The notes beneath the pieces were generated by a model. It was not told the DNA's origin. It saw only the letters and a list, made by a program, of their open reading frames with translations, and searched no databases. A DNA stretch of 62,830 nucleotides, from contig JAPOVF010000260.1 in assembly GCA_026708285.1 (NCBI GenBank), forward strand, positions 1 through 62,830, written 5' to 3'. This DNA comes from Acidobacteriota bacterium. Lineage in GTDB: Bacteria; Acidobacteriota; Thermoanaerobaculia; Multivoradales; Multivoraceae. Of this stretch, positions 49,688 through 60,827 are shown piece by piece (within the stretch, counting starts at the first letter, position 1; each line of letters starts with the position of its first letter). The translations under genes and the position numbers were made by a program.

Positions 49688-51049
49688 ATGGTGACGAGGA
49701 TCAGGGCACGCCTCGCGCTCCTGGCGCGGGGATGGGCGGAAGACGTCCTCCTGGTCATCGACGGAGGCACGATCGCCCGGGCGGAGCCAGGCGCCGCCCG
49801 CTGCCCCGCCGACCTGGACGCCGGCATCGTCACTCCCGGCCTCACCAATGCCCACAGCCACGCCTTCCAGCGGGCGCTGGCCGGCAGGACCGAACACCGC
49901 TCGGGAGCCGGCCGCGACAGCTTCTGGACCTGGCGCCGGAGCATGTACCGACTCGTCCAGCGGCTCGATGCCGGCCGGTTCGAGGCGATCGCGCGGCAGG
50001 CGTACGTGGAGATGCTGGAGAGCGGGTTCACTTCGGTCGTCGAGTTCCACTACCTGCACCGGGAGCCGGCGGGATCCGGGAACGCGGAGACGATGTTCGA
50101 GGCGATCCACCGCGCCGCTTCAGCAACCGGCATCCGGTTGACCTACGTCCCCGTGCTCTACCAGCGCGCGGGATTCGACGACGACGCCGTCGGACCCGGC
50201 CAACGCCCCTTTGCCCTGACGACCGCTCGTTTTCTGGACCACCAGGAACGCACCGCCGAGACCGTGTCCGGGCCGATCCGGGTCGGCATCGGCGTCCACA
50301 GCCTGCGCGCGGTCGGCGAACGGTCGCTGCGCCGGGTCGCGGCGCGAGCCGGAGAAACCGGCGCGCCGATGCACATCCACATCGCCGAACAGCAACGGGA
50401 GGTCGACGAGTGCCTGGCCGCCCGCGGACAGCGCCCGGTCCGCTGGCTCCTCGACCGGTTCGAGATCGGTGAGACGTGGTGCCTGGTGCATGCCACCCAC
50501 ATGGATGCCGACGAGTGCCGCGATCTCGCCGCTTCCGGCGCCACCGTCTGCCTGTGTCCGACGACCGAGGCGAACCTGGGCGACGGCCTGTTTCCGCTGC
50601 CCGACTATCTGCGGCACCGCGGCCGCATCGCGATCGGCTCCGACAGCCACGTCTCGATCAATCCCTTCGAGGAACTGCGCTGGCTCGAGTACGCGCAGCG
50701 GCTTCGCTCGCAGTCGCGGAACGTGGTGTCCATGCAGGACCCGCATGTCGGGCGTGAGCTGTTCGAGCGCGCCCTTGCCGGCGGCGCCCGGGCAGCCGGC
50801 CACGGGATTGCCGGCCTCGAGGTGGGAGCGCCGGCCGATCTGGTCGTCCTCGATGCCGGGAATCCGATGCTTGCCGGCCACGAGCCGGCCACTCTGCTCG
50901 ATGCACTGGTATTCTCGGGCTACCGCCTCCCCATCGAACGGGTGATGGTCGATGGCAAGTGGCGGGTAGCAGGCGGCGAGCACGCCGATCGCAGCGAAGC
51001 GGCAAGAGACTTCGCAAGAGCACTGGCAAACCTGGAAGCAGGCCCGTAA
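49688..51049 (+). CDS. hutF: Formimidoylglutamate deiminase
   Basis: [54 protein letters not shown] and GSDSH. Confidence 0.94.
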   Translation: MVTRIRARLALLARGWAEDVLLVIDGGTIARAEPGAARCPADLDAGIVTPGLTNAHSHAFQRALAGRTEHRSGAGRDSFWTWRRSMYRLVQRLDAGRFEAIARQAYVEMLESGFTSVVEFHYLHREPAGSGNAETMFEAIHRAASATGIRLTYVPVLYQRAGFDDDAVGPGQRPFALTTARFLDHQERTAETVSGPIRVGIGVHSLRAVGERSLRRVAARAGETGAPMHIHIAEQQREVDECLAARGQRPVRWLLDRFEIGETWCLVHATHMDADECRDLAASGATVCLCPTTEANLGDGLFPLPDYLRHRGRIAIGSDSHVSINPFEELRWLEYAQRLRSQSRNVVSMQDPHVGRELFERALAGGARAAGHGIAGLEVGAPADLVVLDAGNPMLAGHEPATLLDALVFSGYRLPIERVMVDGKWRVAGGEHADRSEAARDFARALANLEAGP

Positions 51050-51063
51050 CCGCGGAGCCCGAT

Positions 51064-52740
51064 ATGAAGACCACCCGGATCGAACCGATCAGGGCGCCCA
51101 CCGGGAGCAGCATCTCGGCGAAGAGCTGGCTCACCGAGGCGCCGCTCCGCATGCTGATGAACAACCTCGACCCGGAGGTCGCGGAGCGCCCAGAGGACCT
51201 CGTCGTCTACGGCGGGATCGGCAAGGCGGCCCGCAACTGGGAGTCCTACGAGCGGCTCACCGAAACGCTCCGTGAACTGGAAGCCGACGAAACGCTCGTC
51301 GTCCAGTCCGGGAAGCCGGTCGGCGTGTTCAGGACCCACGCCGACGCTCCTCGCGTTCTCATCGCCAACTCGAACCTCGTCCCCGCCTGGGCGACCTGGG
51401 AGCACTTCCGGGAGCTCGACCGGCTGGGCCTGATGATGTTCGGGCAGATGACCGCCGGATCGTGGATCTACATCGGCAGCCAGGGGATCATCCAGGGCAC
51501 CTACGAGACGTTCGTCGAGATGGGCCGGCAGCACTACGGCGGCGATCTGTCCGGGCGCTGGATTCTGACCGCCGGACTCGGCGGCATGGGCGGAGCGCAG
51601 CCCCTCGCCGCCAAGCTGGCCGGGGCCTCGCTGCTGGCGATCGAGTGCCAGGCGGACCGGATCGAGAAGCGGCTCGAGACCGGCTACGTCGACATGCGGG
51701 CCGAGTCCCTCGACGAGGCTCTGACCGTGATCCAGGCGTCGGTCGAAGCGCGGTCGCCGCTCTCTGTCGGCCTGCTCGGCAACGCCGCTGAGGTGCTTCC
51801 CGAACTGCTGGCCCGCGGCGTGCGGCCCGACGCGCTGACCGACCAGACCTCGGCGCACGACCCGGCGAACGGCTATCTGCCGGTCGGCTGGAGCGTCGAC
51901 GAGTGGCGTGCGCGCAGGGAGAGCGATCCCGACGCGGTGGCGACGGCGGCGCGCGAGTCGATCGCGGTCCACGTTCGCGCGATGCTCGGCTTCAGCGAGG
52001 CCGGCGTGCCCACCTTCGACTACGGCAACAACATCCGCCAGGAGGCGCTCGGCGCGGGAGTCGAGAACGCCTTCGACTTTCCCGGCTTCGTGCCGGCATA
52101 CATCCGCCCCCTGTTCTGCCGGGGCATCGGTCCCTTCCGCTGGGCCGCCCTGTCCGGCGATCCCGAGGACATCTACCGCACCGACGCGAAGGTCAAGGAG
52201 CTGATTCCCGACGACCCGCACCTGCACAACTGGCTGGACGCCGCGCGCGAGCAGATCCGGTTCCAGGGCCTGCCGGCGCGGATCTGCTGGGTGGGCCTGG
52301 GACAGCGTCACCGGATCGGCCTCGCCTTCAACGAGATGGTGCGAACCGGCGAGTTGCGCGCTCCCGTCGTCATCGGCCGCGATCACCTGGACAGCGGCTC
52401 CGTCGCGAGTCCGAACCGGGAGACCGAGGCGATGCGGGACGGTTCCGACGCAGTCTCCGACTGGGCCTTCCTCAACGCGATGCTGAATACCGCCAGCGGC
52501 GCCACCTGGGTCTCCGTGCATCACGGCGGCGGAGTCGGCATGGGGTACGCCCAGCATGCCGGGTTCGTCATCGTCTGCGACGGCAGCGAGGCCGCCGACC
52601 GGCGGATCGAGCGTGTGCTGTGGAACGACCCGGCGACCGGCGTCATGCGCCACGCCGACGCCGGCTACGAGGAAGCGATCGAATGCGCCAGCGAGCAGGG
52701 CCTCAACCTGCCGATGGTCCCGGGCGCCGGGCAGCGATGA
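51064..52740 (+). CDS. hutU: Urocanate hydratase
   Basis: [46 protein letters not shown] and [18 protein letters not shown]. Confidence 0.98.
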   Translation: MKTTRIEPIRAPTGSSISAKSWLTEAPLRMLMNNLDPEVAERPEDLVVYGGIGKAARNWESYERLTETLRELEADETLVVQSGKPVGVFRTHADAPRVLIANSNLVPAWATWEHFRELDRLGLMMFGQMTAGSWIYIGSQGIIQGTYETFVEMGRQHYGGDLSGRWILTAGLGGMGGAQPLAAKLAGASLLAIECQADRIEKRLETGYVDMRAESLDEALTVIQASVEARSPLSVGLLGNAAEVLPELLARGVRPDALTDQTSAHDPANGYLPVGWSVDEWRARRESDPDAVATAARESIAVHVRAMLGFSEAGVPTFDYGNNIRQEALGAGVENAFDFPGFVPAYIRPLFCRGIGPFRWAALSGDPEDIYRTDAKVKELIPDDPHLHNWLDAAREQIRFQGLPARICWVGLGQRHRIGLAFNEMVRTGELRAPVVIGRDHLDSGSVASPNRETEAMRDGSDAVSDWAFLNAMLNTASGATWVSVHHGGGVGMGYAQHAGFVIVCDGSEAADRRIERVLWNDPATGVMRHADAGYEEAIECASEQGLNLPMVPGAGQR

Positions 52741-54257
52741 ACCTCCGGCTCAACGGTTCGCCGCTAACGCTTAGCGAACTGCGGGAAGCCTGGCGCCTTC
52801 CGCTCAGCGTCGAGCTCGGCGAGGACGCCAGGAGCCGAATCGAAGCGGCCGCGGCAGCCGTCGACCGCGTGATCGCCGAAGGCGCCGCGGTCTACGGCGT
52901 CAACACCGGCTTCGGGCAGCTCGCCCAGGTGCGGATCGAAGAGGACGAACTCGCCCACCTCCAGGAGAACCTGGTGCGCTCCCACGCCGCCGGCGTCGGC
53001 GACGATCTGAGCGACGAGATCGTGCGCCTGGTGATCCTGCTGAAGGTGATGGCCCTTGCCCGCGGCCATTCCGGCGTGCGACTGGAGCTGGTCGACGCGC
53101 TGAGAGCACTCCTGGAGCACGAGATCTACCCGTGCATTCCGTCGCAGGGCTCGGTCGGCGCCTCGGGAGACCTCGCGCCGCTCGCCCATCTGTCGCGGGT
53201 GCTGCTCGGGGAGGGCGAGGCCCACGTCCGCGGCAGGCTGGTCCCCGCGCTTGAAGCCCTGACCGAGGCGGGTATCGAACCGATCCGGCTGGGCCCGAAG
53301 GAGGGCCTTGCGCTGCTGAACGGCACCCAGGTGTCGACGGCGCTGGCGCTGGCCGCGGTCTTCCGAACCGAGAACGTCCTGGCCGCCGCCCTGGTGGCCG
53401 GTGCGATGGCCACCGACGCGACCAAGGGGAGCGACGGCCCGTTCGACCGACGAATCCAGGATCTCCGGGGGCATTCCGGTCAGGCCGACGTCGCTACCGC
53501 GCTGCGGGAGCTGATGAGGGGAAGCGAAATCCGGGCATCGCACCTCCGGTGCAACCGGGTGCAGGATCCCTACTCGATCCGCTGCCAGCCCCCGGTAGCC
53601 GGTGCCTGTCTGGAAGCTCTCCGCCACGTCTCCGGCCTTCTCGAGACGGAAGCGAACGCCGTCACCGACAATCCGCTCGTCTTCGCCAGCACCGGGGAGA
53701 TCCTCTCCGGCGGCAACTTCCATGCGGAACCGGTCGCGATCGCCGCCGACTACCTGGCGCTCGCGGTCGCCGAGATCGGCTCGCTGTCCGAACGCCGCAC
53801 GGCGCTCCTCATCGACGCCAATCTCAGCCAGTTGCCGGCCTTCCTGGTCCGCAACAGCGGCCTGAACAGCGGCTTCATGATGGCAGGCACCACCGCCGCG
53901 GCCCTCGTGTCCGAGAACAAGTGCCTCGCCCATCCCGCGACTGTGGACACGATCCCGACCTCCGCCAACCAGGAGGACCACGTCAGCATGGCGACCCACG
54001 GGGCACGACGGCTGCACGACATGCTGGACAACGCGCAGAACATCGTCGCGATCGAACTGCTCGCGGCGGCTCAGGGAATCGAGTTCCGCCGTCCGGACCG
54101 GAGTTCCACCGCGATCGAGGAAGCGATCGCGACGGTGCGTGCGATCTCGCCGCCCTACACCGAGGACCGGCCGCTCGCCAACGACATCGCAGGTGTTGCC
54201 GCGCTGATCGGGCGAGGCGCCTTCCGCGGCTACGTGGCGTCCTTGCTTGCGCGCTAA
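52737..54257 (+). CDS. hutH: Histidine ammonia-lyase
   Basis: YGVNTGFG, specificity [11 protein letters not shown] motif [20 protein letters not shown] and [10 protein letters not shown]. Confidence 0.96.
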   Translation: MNLRLNGSPLTLSELREAWRLPLSVELGEDARSRIEAAAAAVDRVIAEGAAVYGVNTGFGQLAQVRIEEDELAHLQENLVRSHAAGVGDDLSDEIVRLVILLKVMALARGHSGVRLELVDALRALLEHEIYPCIPSQGSVGASGDLAPLAHLSRVLLGEGEAHVRGRLVPALEALTEAGIEPIRLGPKEGLALLNGTQVSTALALAAVFRTENVLAAALVAGAMATDATKGSDGPFDRRIQDLRGHSGQADVATALRELMRGSEIRASHLRCNRVQDPYSIRCQPPVAGACLEALRHVSGLLETEANAVTDNPLVFASTGEILSGGNFHAEPVAIAADYLALAVAEIGSLSERRTALLIDANLSQLPAFLVRNSGLNSGFMMAGTTAAALVSENKCLAHPATVDTIPTSANQEDHVSMATHGARRLHDMLDNAQNIVAIELLAAAQGIEFRRPDRSSTAIEEAIATVRAISPPYTEDRPLANDIAGVAALIGRGAFRGYVASLLAR

Positions 54258-54296
54258 CCTAGAGTCGCCAACCCGCACTGCAACAAGGAGATCGTC

Positions 54297-56159
54297 ATGC
54301 GTCTTGCCCGCGCTGCGCTCGTTTCCGCGGCTCTCTTCTCGCTCGTCCTGCTCGGCTGCGCTGCCGGCGACCAGGAAGCCGGCGCCGGTACGGCCGGTGA
54401 CGGCGAGGGTCCGGCGCCGAATCCACTGAAGGACGCCTACTTCGGCGACCTTCACGTCCATACGAAGTACTCCTTCGACGCCTACCTGTTCACGACGCGC
54501 ACGAACCCCGACGACGCCTACCGCTTCGCCAAGGGCGAGGCGATCGACCACCCCAGCGGCCACCAAATCCAGCTCCAGAGCGGCGCCCTCGACTTCCAGG
54601 CGGTGACCGACCACGGCCTGTACCTGGGCGTCCTGCCGGAGATGGACAACCCGGAGAGTCCCCTCTACGCGACCGTGCTCGGGACCGATCTCCGCGAAGG
54701 CGGCGGCTTCGCCCGAGCGATCCAGGGGCTGCGCAGCGGCGAGTTCGCGGAACTGCCGGAAGACGACGTGGATCAGGCCGCCCGCACCGCCTGGCAGGCG
54801 ATCATCGATGCCGCCGAGGCCCACAACGACCCCGGAACCTTCACGACCTTCGTCGGCTACGAGTACACGACGTCGTCCGACGACCGGGGCAATCTGCACC
54901 GCAACGTGATCTTCCGTGGCAGCAACGTGCCGCCGAAACCGTTCGCGTCGACCGATTCGCGCAATCCGGAGGACCTGTGGCGCTGGCTCGACGAACGCCG
55001 GGACGAGGGCATCGAAGGGCTCGCCATTCCGCACAACTCGAACGGCAGCAACGGCCACATGTTCAAGCTGGAGACGGTGGGCGGCGAGCCGCTCGACGCC
55101 GCCTACGCCGACCTGCGCATGCGCAACGAGCCCCTGGTCGAGATGACCCAGGTCAAGGGCACGTCGGAGACGCACCCGCTCCTGTCGCCCAACGACGAGT
55201 GGGCCGACTTCGAGATCTTCCCGTATCGCATCGCCACGACCCTCTACAGCGAGCCGAAGGGCAGCTACGTCCGCGAGGCATACGTCAACGGTCTCGTGCT
55301 GCAGGAGACGCAGGGCTTCAATCCCTTCCGGTTCGGCATCCTCGCCGCCACCGACACCCATAACTCCGGCGGCACGCCCGAGGAGGACAACTTCCACGGC
55401 AAGGTCGGTCGCGGCGACGGTACCGGCCAGGGTCGCGGCTCGGTGCCGCTCGACGAACCGACCGAGGACGGCGAGCGGTACGCACAGAACAGCTTCAAGT
55501 ACTGGGGTGGCTCGGGGCTCGCCGCGGTCTGGGCCGAGGAGAACACCCGCGACGCGATCTACAACGCCTTCCGGCGCAAGGAGACCTTCGCCACCAGCGG
55601 TCCCAGGATGCGGGTTCGCTTCTTCGGCGGCTACCACTACACGGACGACCTGACCTCCGACCCGGAGATGATCGCCGCCGCCTACGAGGGCGGCGTGCCG
55701 ATGGGGGGCGACCTGGTGGCGGACGAGGGCAGGAGCCCGCGCTTCCTGGTCTGGGCGGCCCGCGACGCGGACAGCGCCCCGCTCCAGCGCCTGCAGATGG
55801 TCAAGGGCTGGGTCGAGGACGGGGAACCGCGCGAATCGGTCGTCGACATCGCCTGTGCCGATGGCGGCATTCCCTCAGGCGATCCGCTCCGCTGCCCCGA
55901 CAACGGCGCCAGCGTCGATCTCTCGGACTGCGGCTACTCCCAGGACCTCGGCGCCGCCGAACTCTCGGCCCTATGGACCGACCCCGACTTCGACGCGGCG
56001 AGGCACGCCGTCTACTACGTGCGCGTGCTCGAGAATCCCACCTGCCGCTGGTCGACCTGGGACGCGCTCCGTGCCGGCGTGGAGCCCAATCCCGACATGC
56101 CGTCGACGATCCAGGAACGCGCCTGGTCATCGCCAATCTGGTACGTGCCGGGCGGGTAG
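54297..56159 (+). CDS. DUF3604-domain (PHP-like metallo-hydrolase) lipoprotein, copy 1
   Basis: Lipobox LLGC, YFGDLHVHT, AVTDH, HRNVIFR, IPHNSNGSNG, ETFATSG, and RVLENPTCRWS...QERAWSSPIWY. Confidence 0.82.
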   Translation: MRLARAALVSAALFSLVLLGCAAGDQEAGAGTAGDGEGPAPNPLKDAYFGDLHVHTKYSFDAYLFTTRTNPDDAYRFAKGEAIDHPSGHQIQLQSGALDFQAVTDHGLYLGVLPEMDNPESPLYATVLGTDLREGGGFARAIQGLRSGEFAELPEDDVDQAARTAWQAIIDAAEAHNDPGTFTTFVGYEYTTSSDDRGNLHRNVIFRGSNVPPKPFASTDSRNPEDLWRWLDERRDEGIEGLAIPHNSNGSNGHMFKLETVGGEPLDAAYADLRMRNEPLVEMTQVKGTSETHPLLSPNDEWADFEIFPYRIATTLYSEPKGSYVREAYVNGLVLQETQGFNPFRFGILAATDTHNSGGTPEEDNFHGKVGRGDGTGQGRGSVPLDEPTEDGERYAQNSFKYWGGSGLAAVWAEENTRDAIYNAFRRKETFATSGPRMRVRFFGGYHYTDDLTSDPEMIAAAYEGGVPMGGDLVADEGRSPRFLVWAARDADSAPLQRLQMVKGWVEDGEPRESVVDIACADGGIPSGDPLRCPDNGASVDLSDCGYSQDLGAAELSALWTDPDFDAARHAVYYVRVLENPTCRWSTWDALRAGVEPNPDMPSTIQERAWSSPIWYVPGG

Positions 56160-57931
56160 TGCCCTTGCGCCAAGGGCCCTGCCTCTACTGCCTTGTCCTG
56201 GTTCCGGGTCTACTGGCAGCGTCGGAAACCACCGTCCCGCCCAATCCGCTCAAGGACGCCTACTTCGGCGATCTGCACGTCCACACGCGGTACTCCATCG
56301 ACGCCTACCTGTTCGGAGTCCGCACCGATCCGGACGACGCCTACCGGTTCGCACGCGGCGAGGCGATCGAACATCCGAGCGGCTTTCGTTTCCAGCTCCG
56401 GACCGGCCCGCTCGACTTCCTGGCGGTCACCGATCACGGCGCCTTCCTATACGAGATGCCCGCCACCTACAACCCGGAGAACTCCTTCTTCGCCGCGATC
56501 GGCCCGGGCGGCAACCGCGCGAACGCACCGGTCGCCGCCGAGACAGGCGACGGTCGCAACGCATGGCAGGAAACCATCGATGCCGCCGAGCAGCACAACG
56601 ACCCGGGCAGCTTCACGACCTTCATCGCCTACGAGTACACCGCGTTCTCCGAGGGCCGCGGCAATCTTCATCGCAACGTGATCTTCAGGGGCGGCGAGGC
56701 GCCGGCGAAGCCGTTCACCGCCGACGACTCGAACGACCCGGAGGACCTCTGGCACTGGCTGGACGCGCGGCGCGCCGAGGGTTTCGAGGCGCTCGCGATC
56801 CCCCACAACTCGAACGGCAGCAATGGCCAGATGTTCCGGCTCGCTCGGGTAGACGGCCGGGACTTCGACTCCGCGTACGTGGAACAGCGAAACCGCAACG
56901 AACCCCTGGTCGAGATCACCCAGGGCAAGGGCACGTCGGACACCCATCCGCTCCTGTCGCCGAACGACGAGTGGGCCGACTTCGAGATCTACGCCTTCCG
57001 CATCGGCACCACGCTCCCGAGCCAGGCTCCCGGAAGCTATGTGCGCGAGGCCTACCTGAGCGGCCTCGTGCAACAGGAGACCCGCGGCTTCAACCCGTTC
57101 CGCTTCGGGCTGATCGGTTCCACCGACTCCCACAACGCGGGCGGCACGACCGGAGAGTCCAACTTCCACGGCAACTTCGGAACTGGCGACGGCACCCCCG
57201 AGCGGCGCGGCGCGGTACCCCTCGGCAGCGGAGGCTCGCCCGGGCGGAAGTACAGCCAGACGAACAACCGCTTCTACAGCGGCTCCGGTCTGACCGGAGT
57301 CTGGTCCGAGCAGAACACGCGCGACTCGATCTACGCCGCGTTGCGGCGCAAGGAGACCTTCGCCACGACCGGGCCGCGCATCCGCGTCCGCTTCTTCGCC
57401 GGCTACGACTACGCCGACGACTTCACGTCCGATCCCCAGATGATCGAGAAGGCCTACGAAGGCGGCGTACCGATGGGTGGCGACCTGCTGGCGGACCGCG
57501 GCCGAAGCCCCCGCTTTCTGGTCTGGGCCGCCCGCGACAAGGACAGCGCGCCGCTTCAGCGCCTGCAGGTGGTCAAGGGCTGGGTCGAAGATGGAGAGGG
57601 GCACGAGCAGGTGGTCGACGTCGCCTGTCCGGGTGGCGCAATCCCAGGGGGAACCCCGCTCCGCTGCCCCGACGACGACGCCAAGGTCGATCTCTCGGAC
57701 TGCAGCTTCCCGCAGAACGCCGGCGCCGCCGAACTCACCGCGCTGTGGCAAGACCCCGACTTCCACCCCGCCAAACACGCCGTCTACTACGTCCGGGTGC
57801 TCGAGAACCCGACCTGCCGCTGGTCGACCTGGGATGCGCTCCGGACCGGCGTCGAGCCGCGGCCGGACTTGCCGGCGACGCTCCAGGAGCGGGCCTGGTC
57901 TTCGCCGATCTGGTACGTGCCGGGCGACTAG
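56159..57931 (+). CDS. DUF3604-domain protein, copy 2
   Basis: GTG overlapping the copy-1 stop (TAGTG). Same motif set as copy 1, with a hydrophobic N-terminus but no clear lipobox. Confidence 0.82.
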   Translation: MPLRQGPCLYCLVLVPGLLAASETTVPPNPLKDAYFGDLHVHTRYSIDAYLFGVRTDPDDAYRFARGEAIEHPSGFRFQLRTGPLDFLAVTDHGAFLYEMPATYNPENSFFAAIGPGGNRANAPVAAETGDGRNAWQETIDAAEQHNDPGSFTTFIAYEYTAFSEGRGNLHRNVIFRGGEAPAKPFTADDSNDPEDLWHWLDARRAEGFEALAIPHNSNGSNGQMFRLARVDGRDFDSAYVEQRNRNEPLVEITQGKGTSDTHPLLSPNDEWADFEIYAFRIGTTLPSQAPGSYVREAYLSGLVQQETRGFNPFRFGLIGSTDSHNAGGTTGESNFHGNFGTGDGTPERRGAVPLGSGGSPGRKYSQTNNRFYSGSGLTGVWSEQNTRDSIYAALRRKETFATTGPRIRVRFFAGYDYADDFTSDPQMIEKAYEGGVPMGGDLLADRGRSPRFLVWAARDKDSAPLQRLQVVKGWVEDGEGHEQVVDVACPGGAIPGGTPLRCPDDDAKVDLSDCSFPQNAGAAELTALWQDPDFHPAKHAVYYVRVLENPTCRWSTWDALRTGVEPRPDLPATLQERAWSSPIWYVPGD

Positions 57932-57987
57932 GGAGGCCGGTCTACAATGGCCCGCGTATCGAACGAAGTCGGCTGGGAGGGGCTCGC

Positions 57988-59049
57988 ATGAGCATCAAGG
58001 GAAGAACCCGCATTGCCTTCATCCTCACTCTCGCCGTCGGCGCCAGCGGAGCCGCGGCAGGGGACGACATCCCCAGGACCCCGGGCGGCAAGCCGGACTT
58101 CTCCGGCAACTACGACATCAGCACGCTGACGCCGGTGCAGCGGAGCCCCGAACTGGGGAATCGCCTCACCCTGACCCCGGAGGAAGCGCAGGCCATCCGG
58201 GATCGTGAGGCCCAGAACATCGACGCGAGATCGCGCGCCAGCGATCCGAACCGCGACGCTCCGCCGGTCGGCGGCAGCGTCGGCGGCTACAACTACTTCT
58301 TCATGGACCGTGGCACCAGCGCGGTCACCGTCGACGGCAAGTACCGGACCTCCCTGCTCACCGACCCGTCCAACGGCCGTTTTCCGCCGCTCACCGAGCG
58401 CGGCAAGGCGCGCCGGGAAGGGATCTACGGATTCTCGAAGCGGAACACCGGCCCCGCCTGGTGGCGCGACCGCGAGGTCGGTCCCTACGACCACCCCGAG
58501 TCCCTGTCGATCGCGGACCGCTGCGTCTTCTCCCTGGAAGCGACGATCCCGATCTACCCGAAGAACTACAACAACATCAAGACGATCGTGCAGACGGACA
58601 CCCACCTGATGATCCTGATCGAGTGGATGCACTACGCGCGCGTCATCCCCATCAGCCCGTCCAGGGAGGAAGCCCAGCATCTACCCTCCCTGATCCGCTC
58701 CCGTGCCGGCGATTCGGTGGCCTGGTGGGAGGGTGACACCCTGGTCGTCGACACGACGAACTTCCTGGAAGAGAAGTGGGGGGCGACCACGCTCTTCGGC
58801 GAGCCCTCCCCGCCCGCCGACCAGCATGTGGTCGAGCGCTTCTCGTTCCAGGACGAGAACACCCTGCTCTACCAGTTCACGCTCGAGAGCGGCGACTGGG
58901 AGACGCCCTACGGCGGCGAGTACACGTGGCCGGCCACCGACGCCAAGCTGTACGAGTTCGCCTGCCACGAGGGCAACTACGCGACCGGGAATACGCTTCG
59001 CGGTGCGCGCCTTGAAGAGAGGGAAGTCGCAGCGCAAACGGGCGGGTAA
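57988..59049 (+). CDS. Exported conserved hypothetical protein ('DRC...YEFACHEGNY' family), copy 2
   Basis: GGAGG RBS, signal peptide, PDFSGNYD, TPVQR, YRTSLLTDP.NGR.PPLT, GDSVAWWEGDTLVVDT.NF and ACHEGNY. Confidence 0.8.
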   Translation: MSIKGRTRIAFILTLAVGASGAAAGDDIPRTPGGKPDFSGNYDISTLTPVQRSPELGNRLTLTPEEAQAIRDREAQNIDARSRASDPNRDAPPVGGSVGGYNYFFMDRGTSAVTVDGKYRTSLLTDPSNGRFPPLTERGKARREGIYGFSKRNTGPAWWRDREVGPYDHPESLSIADRCVFSLEATIPIYPKNYNNIKTIVQTDTHLMILIEWMHYARVIPISPSREEAQHLPSLIRSRAGDSVAWWEGDTLVVDTTNFLEEKWGATTLFGEPSPPADQHVVERFSFQDENTLLYQFTLESGDWETPYGGEYTWPATDAKLYEFACHEGNYATGNTLRGARLEEREVAAQTGG

Positions 59050-59091
59050 CCAGATCCGTACAACAAACCGGACCCACCGACGAGGGGAGGC

Positions 59092-60825
59092 GTGTGTATG
59101 TCCGACGTTCAGTGGAATCGTAAAGGCGGCCGCGGCAAGAGCGGATTGCTCCTGCGACGCCTTCTGATCAGTCTCTGCGGCCTCGCTCTCGCGGCGGCGC
59201 CGGCGGCCGGCCAGTCGAGTGTCCTGGACGCGATGAAGGCGGAACTCGACCGCTCCATGGAGCTGCTCGGCGAGGAGGAGACGCCGCCGTACTTTCTGAG
59301 CTACGAGATCTCGGAAAGCCGGAGCGCGTCCGCCTCGGCCTCGTTCGGAGCTCTCACCGGCAGCGATGAGCGGCACGAGCGTTTGCTCGACATCGACCTC
59401 CGCGTCGGCGACTACAGCCTCGACAACACTCGACCGATTCGCGACACCTTCTTCTCCTCGGCGTTCCTTGGCGCCGGTCGCACCCAGGTACCCCTCGACG
59501 ACGACCCCGGCGCGATCCGCGGCGTCCTGTGGGCCGAGACCGACAAGGAGTACAAGCGCGCGCTCGAGCAACTCACCCAGGTGAAGACGAACGTGCAGGT
59601 CAAGGTCGAGGCCGAGGACCAGTCCGACGACTTCTCCCGCGAAACCCCGTCCAAGGGCGTCGACGAGCCCCGGCCCGTTGAGTACGACCGCGCCGAATGG
59701 GAGGACAGGGTCAGGCGCTACTCGGCGCCGTTCGCCGAACATGGCGAGTTCCTGCGGGCCTCGGCATCCCTCACCGCCGGTACGGACACCCGCTGGTTCG
59801 TCAACAGCGAGGGTTCCGAGATTCAGACTTCGGAGACCAGGTACCGCCTCTTCGTCTCGGCGATGACGAAGGCCGACGACGGCATGGAACTGCCGCTCTA
59901 CAAGAGCTACAGCTCCTTCACGCTCGACGGACTACCGGACGACGAGACCGTCGAGCGGGATGTCCGCAAGATGATCGAGATCCTCCTGGCACTCCGTGAA
60001 GCCCCGCTCGTGGAGCCGTACACGGGCCCGGCGATCCTGTCCGGCGAAGCCAGCGGCGTCTTCTTCCACGAGATCCTCGGACACCGGCTCGAGGGTCATC
60101 GCCTGAAGGAAGCCGATGACAGCCAGACGTTCCGCGACCAACTGAACCAGCGTGTCCTGCCGGAGAGCTTCTCCGTGCACTTCGATCCGACGATCAGGAC
60201 CTACGGGCCATCCGACCTGGTCGGCAGCTATCGCTACGACAACCAGGGGGTGGCGGCTCGCCGGGTGACCGCGATCGACAAGGGGATCCTGAAGAACTTC
60301 CTCATGTCCCGCTCCCCCATCGACGGTTTCCCGAACTCCAACGGCCACGGCCGCAAGCAGCCCGGTCGCAAGCCGGTATCCAGACAGTCCAACCTGATTG
60401 TCGAGGTAACCAATCCCCTCACGAGTGACGAACTGAAAGCGAGATTCGTCGAGGCGATCGAGGCAGCGGAGAGACCGTTCGGACTTCGCATCGAGGAGAT
60501 CCAGGGAGGCTTCACGTTCACCGGACGGATGATTCCCAACTCGTTCAACGTGTCGCCGCTCCTCGTCTACCGCATCTACCCGGACGGCCGCGAGGAACTC
60601 GTCCGTGGCGTCGACCTGATCGGCACGCCACTCACGACGTTCAGCCGCGTGGTCGCGGCCGACGACAGGATCGGCGTGTTCAACGGCTTCTGCGGCGCGG
60701 AGTCGGGCATGGTGCCCGTCTCCGCGGCCGCACCGTCGATCCTCGTGTCGCAGATCGAGGTGCAGAAAAAGGAGAAGTCTCAGGACCGACCACCCCTGCT
60801 GCCCGCTCCTGTGGGGGACTTCTAG
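59092..60825 (+). CDS. tldD: TldD-like metalloprotease with N-terminal signal peptide (start may be 59098)
   Basis: FFHEILGHRLEG (HExxGH), YRYDNQGV, GHGRK, SRQSNL and GFCG third ligand. Signal LLRRLLISLCGLALAAAPAAG-Q. Confidence 0.85.
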   Translation: MCMSDVQWNRKGGRGKSGLLLRRLLISLCGLALAAAPAAGQSSVLDAMKAELDRSMELLGEEETPPYFLSYEISESRSASASASFGALTGSDERHERLLDIDLRVGDYSLDNTRPIRDTFFSSAFLGAGRTQVPLDDDPGAIRGVLWAETDKEYKRALEQLTQVKTNVQVKVEAEDQSDDFSRETPSKGVDEPRPVEYDRAEWEDRVRRYSAPFAEHGEFLRASASLTAGTDTRWFVNSEGSEIQTSETRYRLFVSAMTKADDGMELPLYKSYSSFTLDGLPDDETVERDVRKMIEILLALREAPLVEPYTGPAILSGEASGVFFHEILGHRLEGHRLKEADDSQTFRDQLNQRVLPESFSVHFDPTIRTYGPSDLVGSYRYDNQGVAARRVTAIDKGILKNFLMSRSPIDGFPNSNGHGRKQPGRKPVSRQSNLIVEVTNPLTSDELKARFVEAIEAAERPFGLRIEEIQGGFTFTGRMIPNSFNVSPLLVYRIYPDGREELVRGVDLIGTPLTTFSRVVAADDRIGVFNGFCGAESGMVPVSAAAPSILVSQIEVQKKEKSQDRPPLLPAPVGDF

Positions 60826-60827
60826 CC

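Noticed and set aside
52737-54257. MIO enzyme as a Phe/Tyr ammonia-lyase or aminomutase for secondary metabolism
   Set aside because: The SH specificity motif (LVRSHAAG) and the hutU/hutF/hutI context indicate ordinary HutH.
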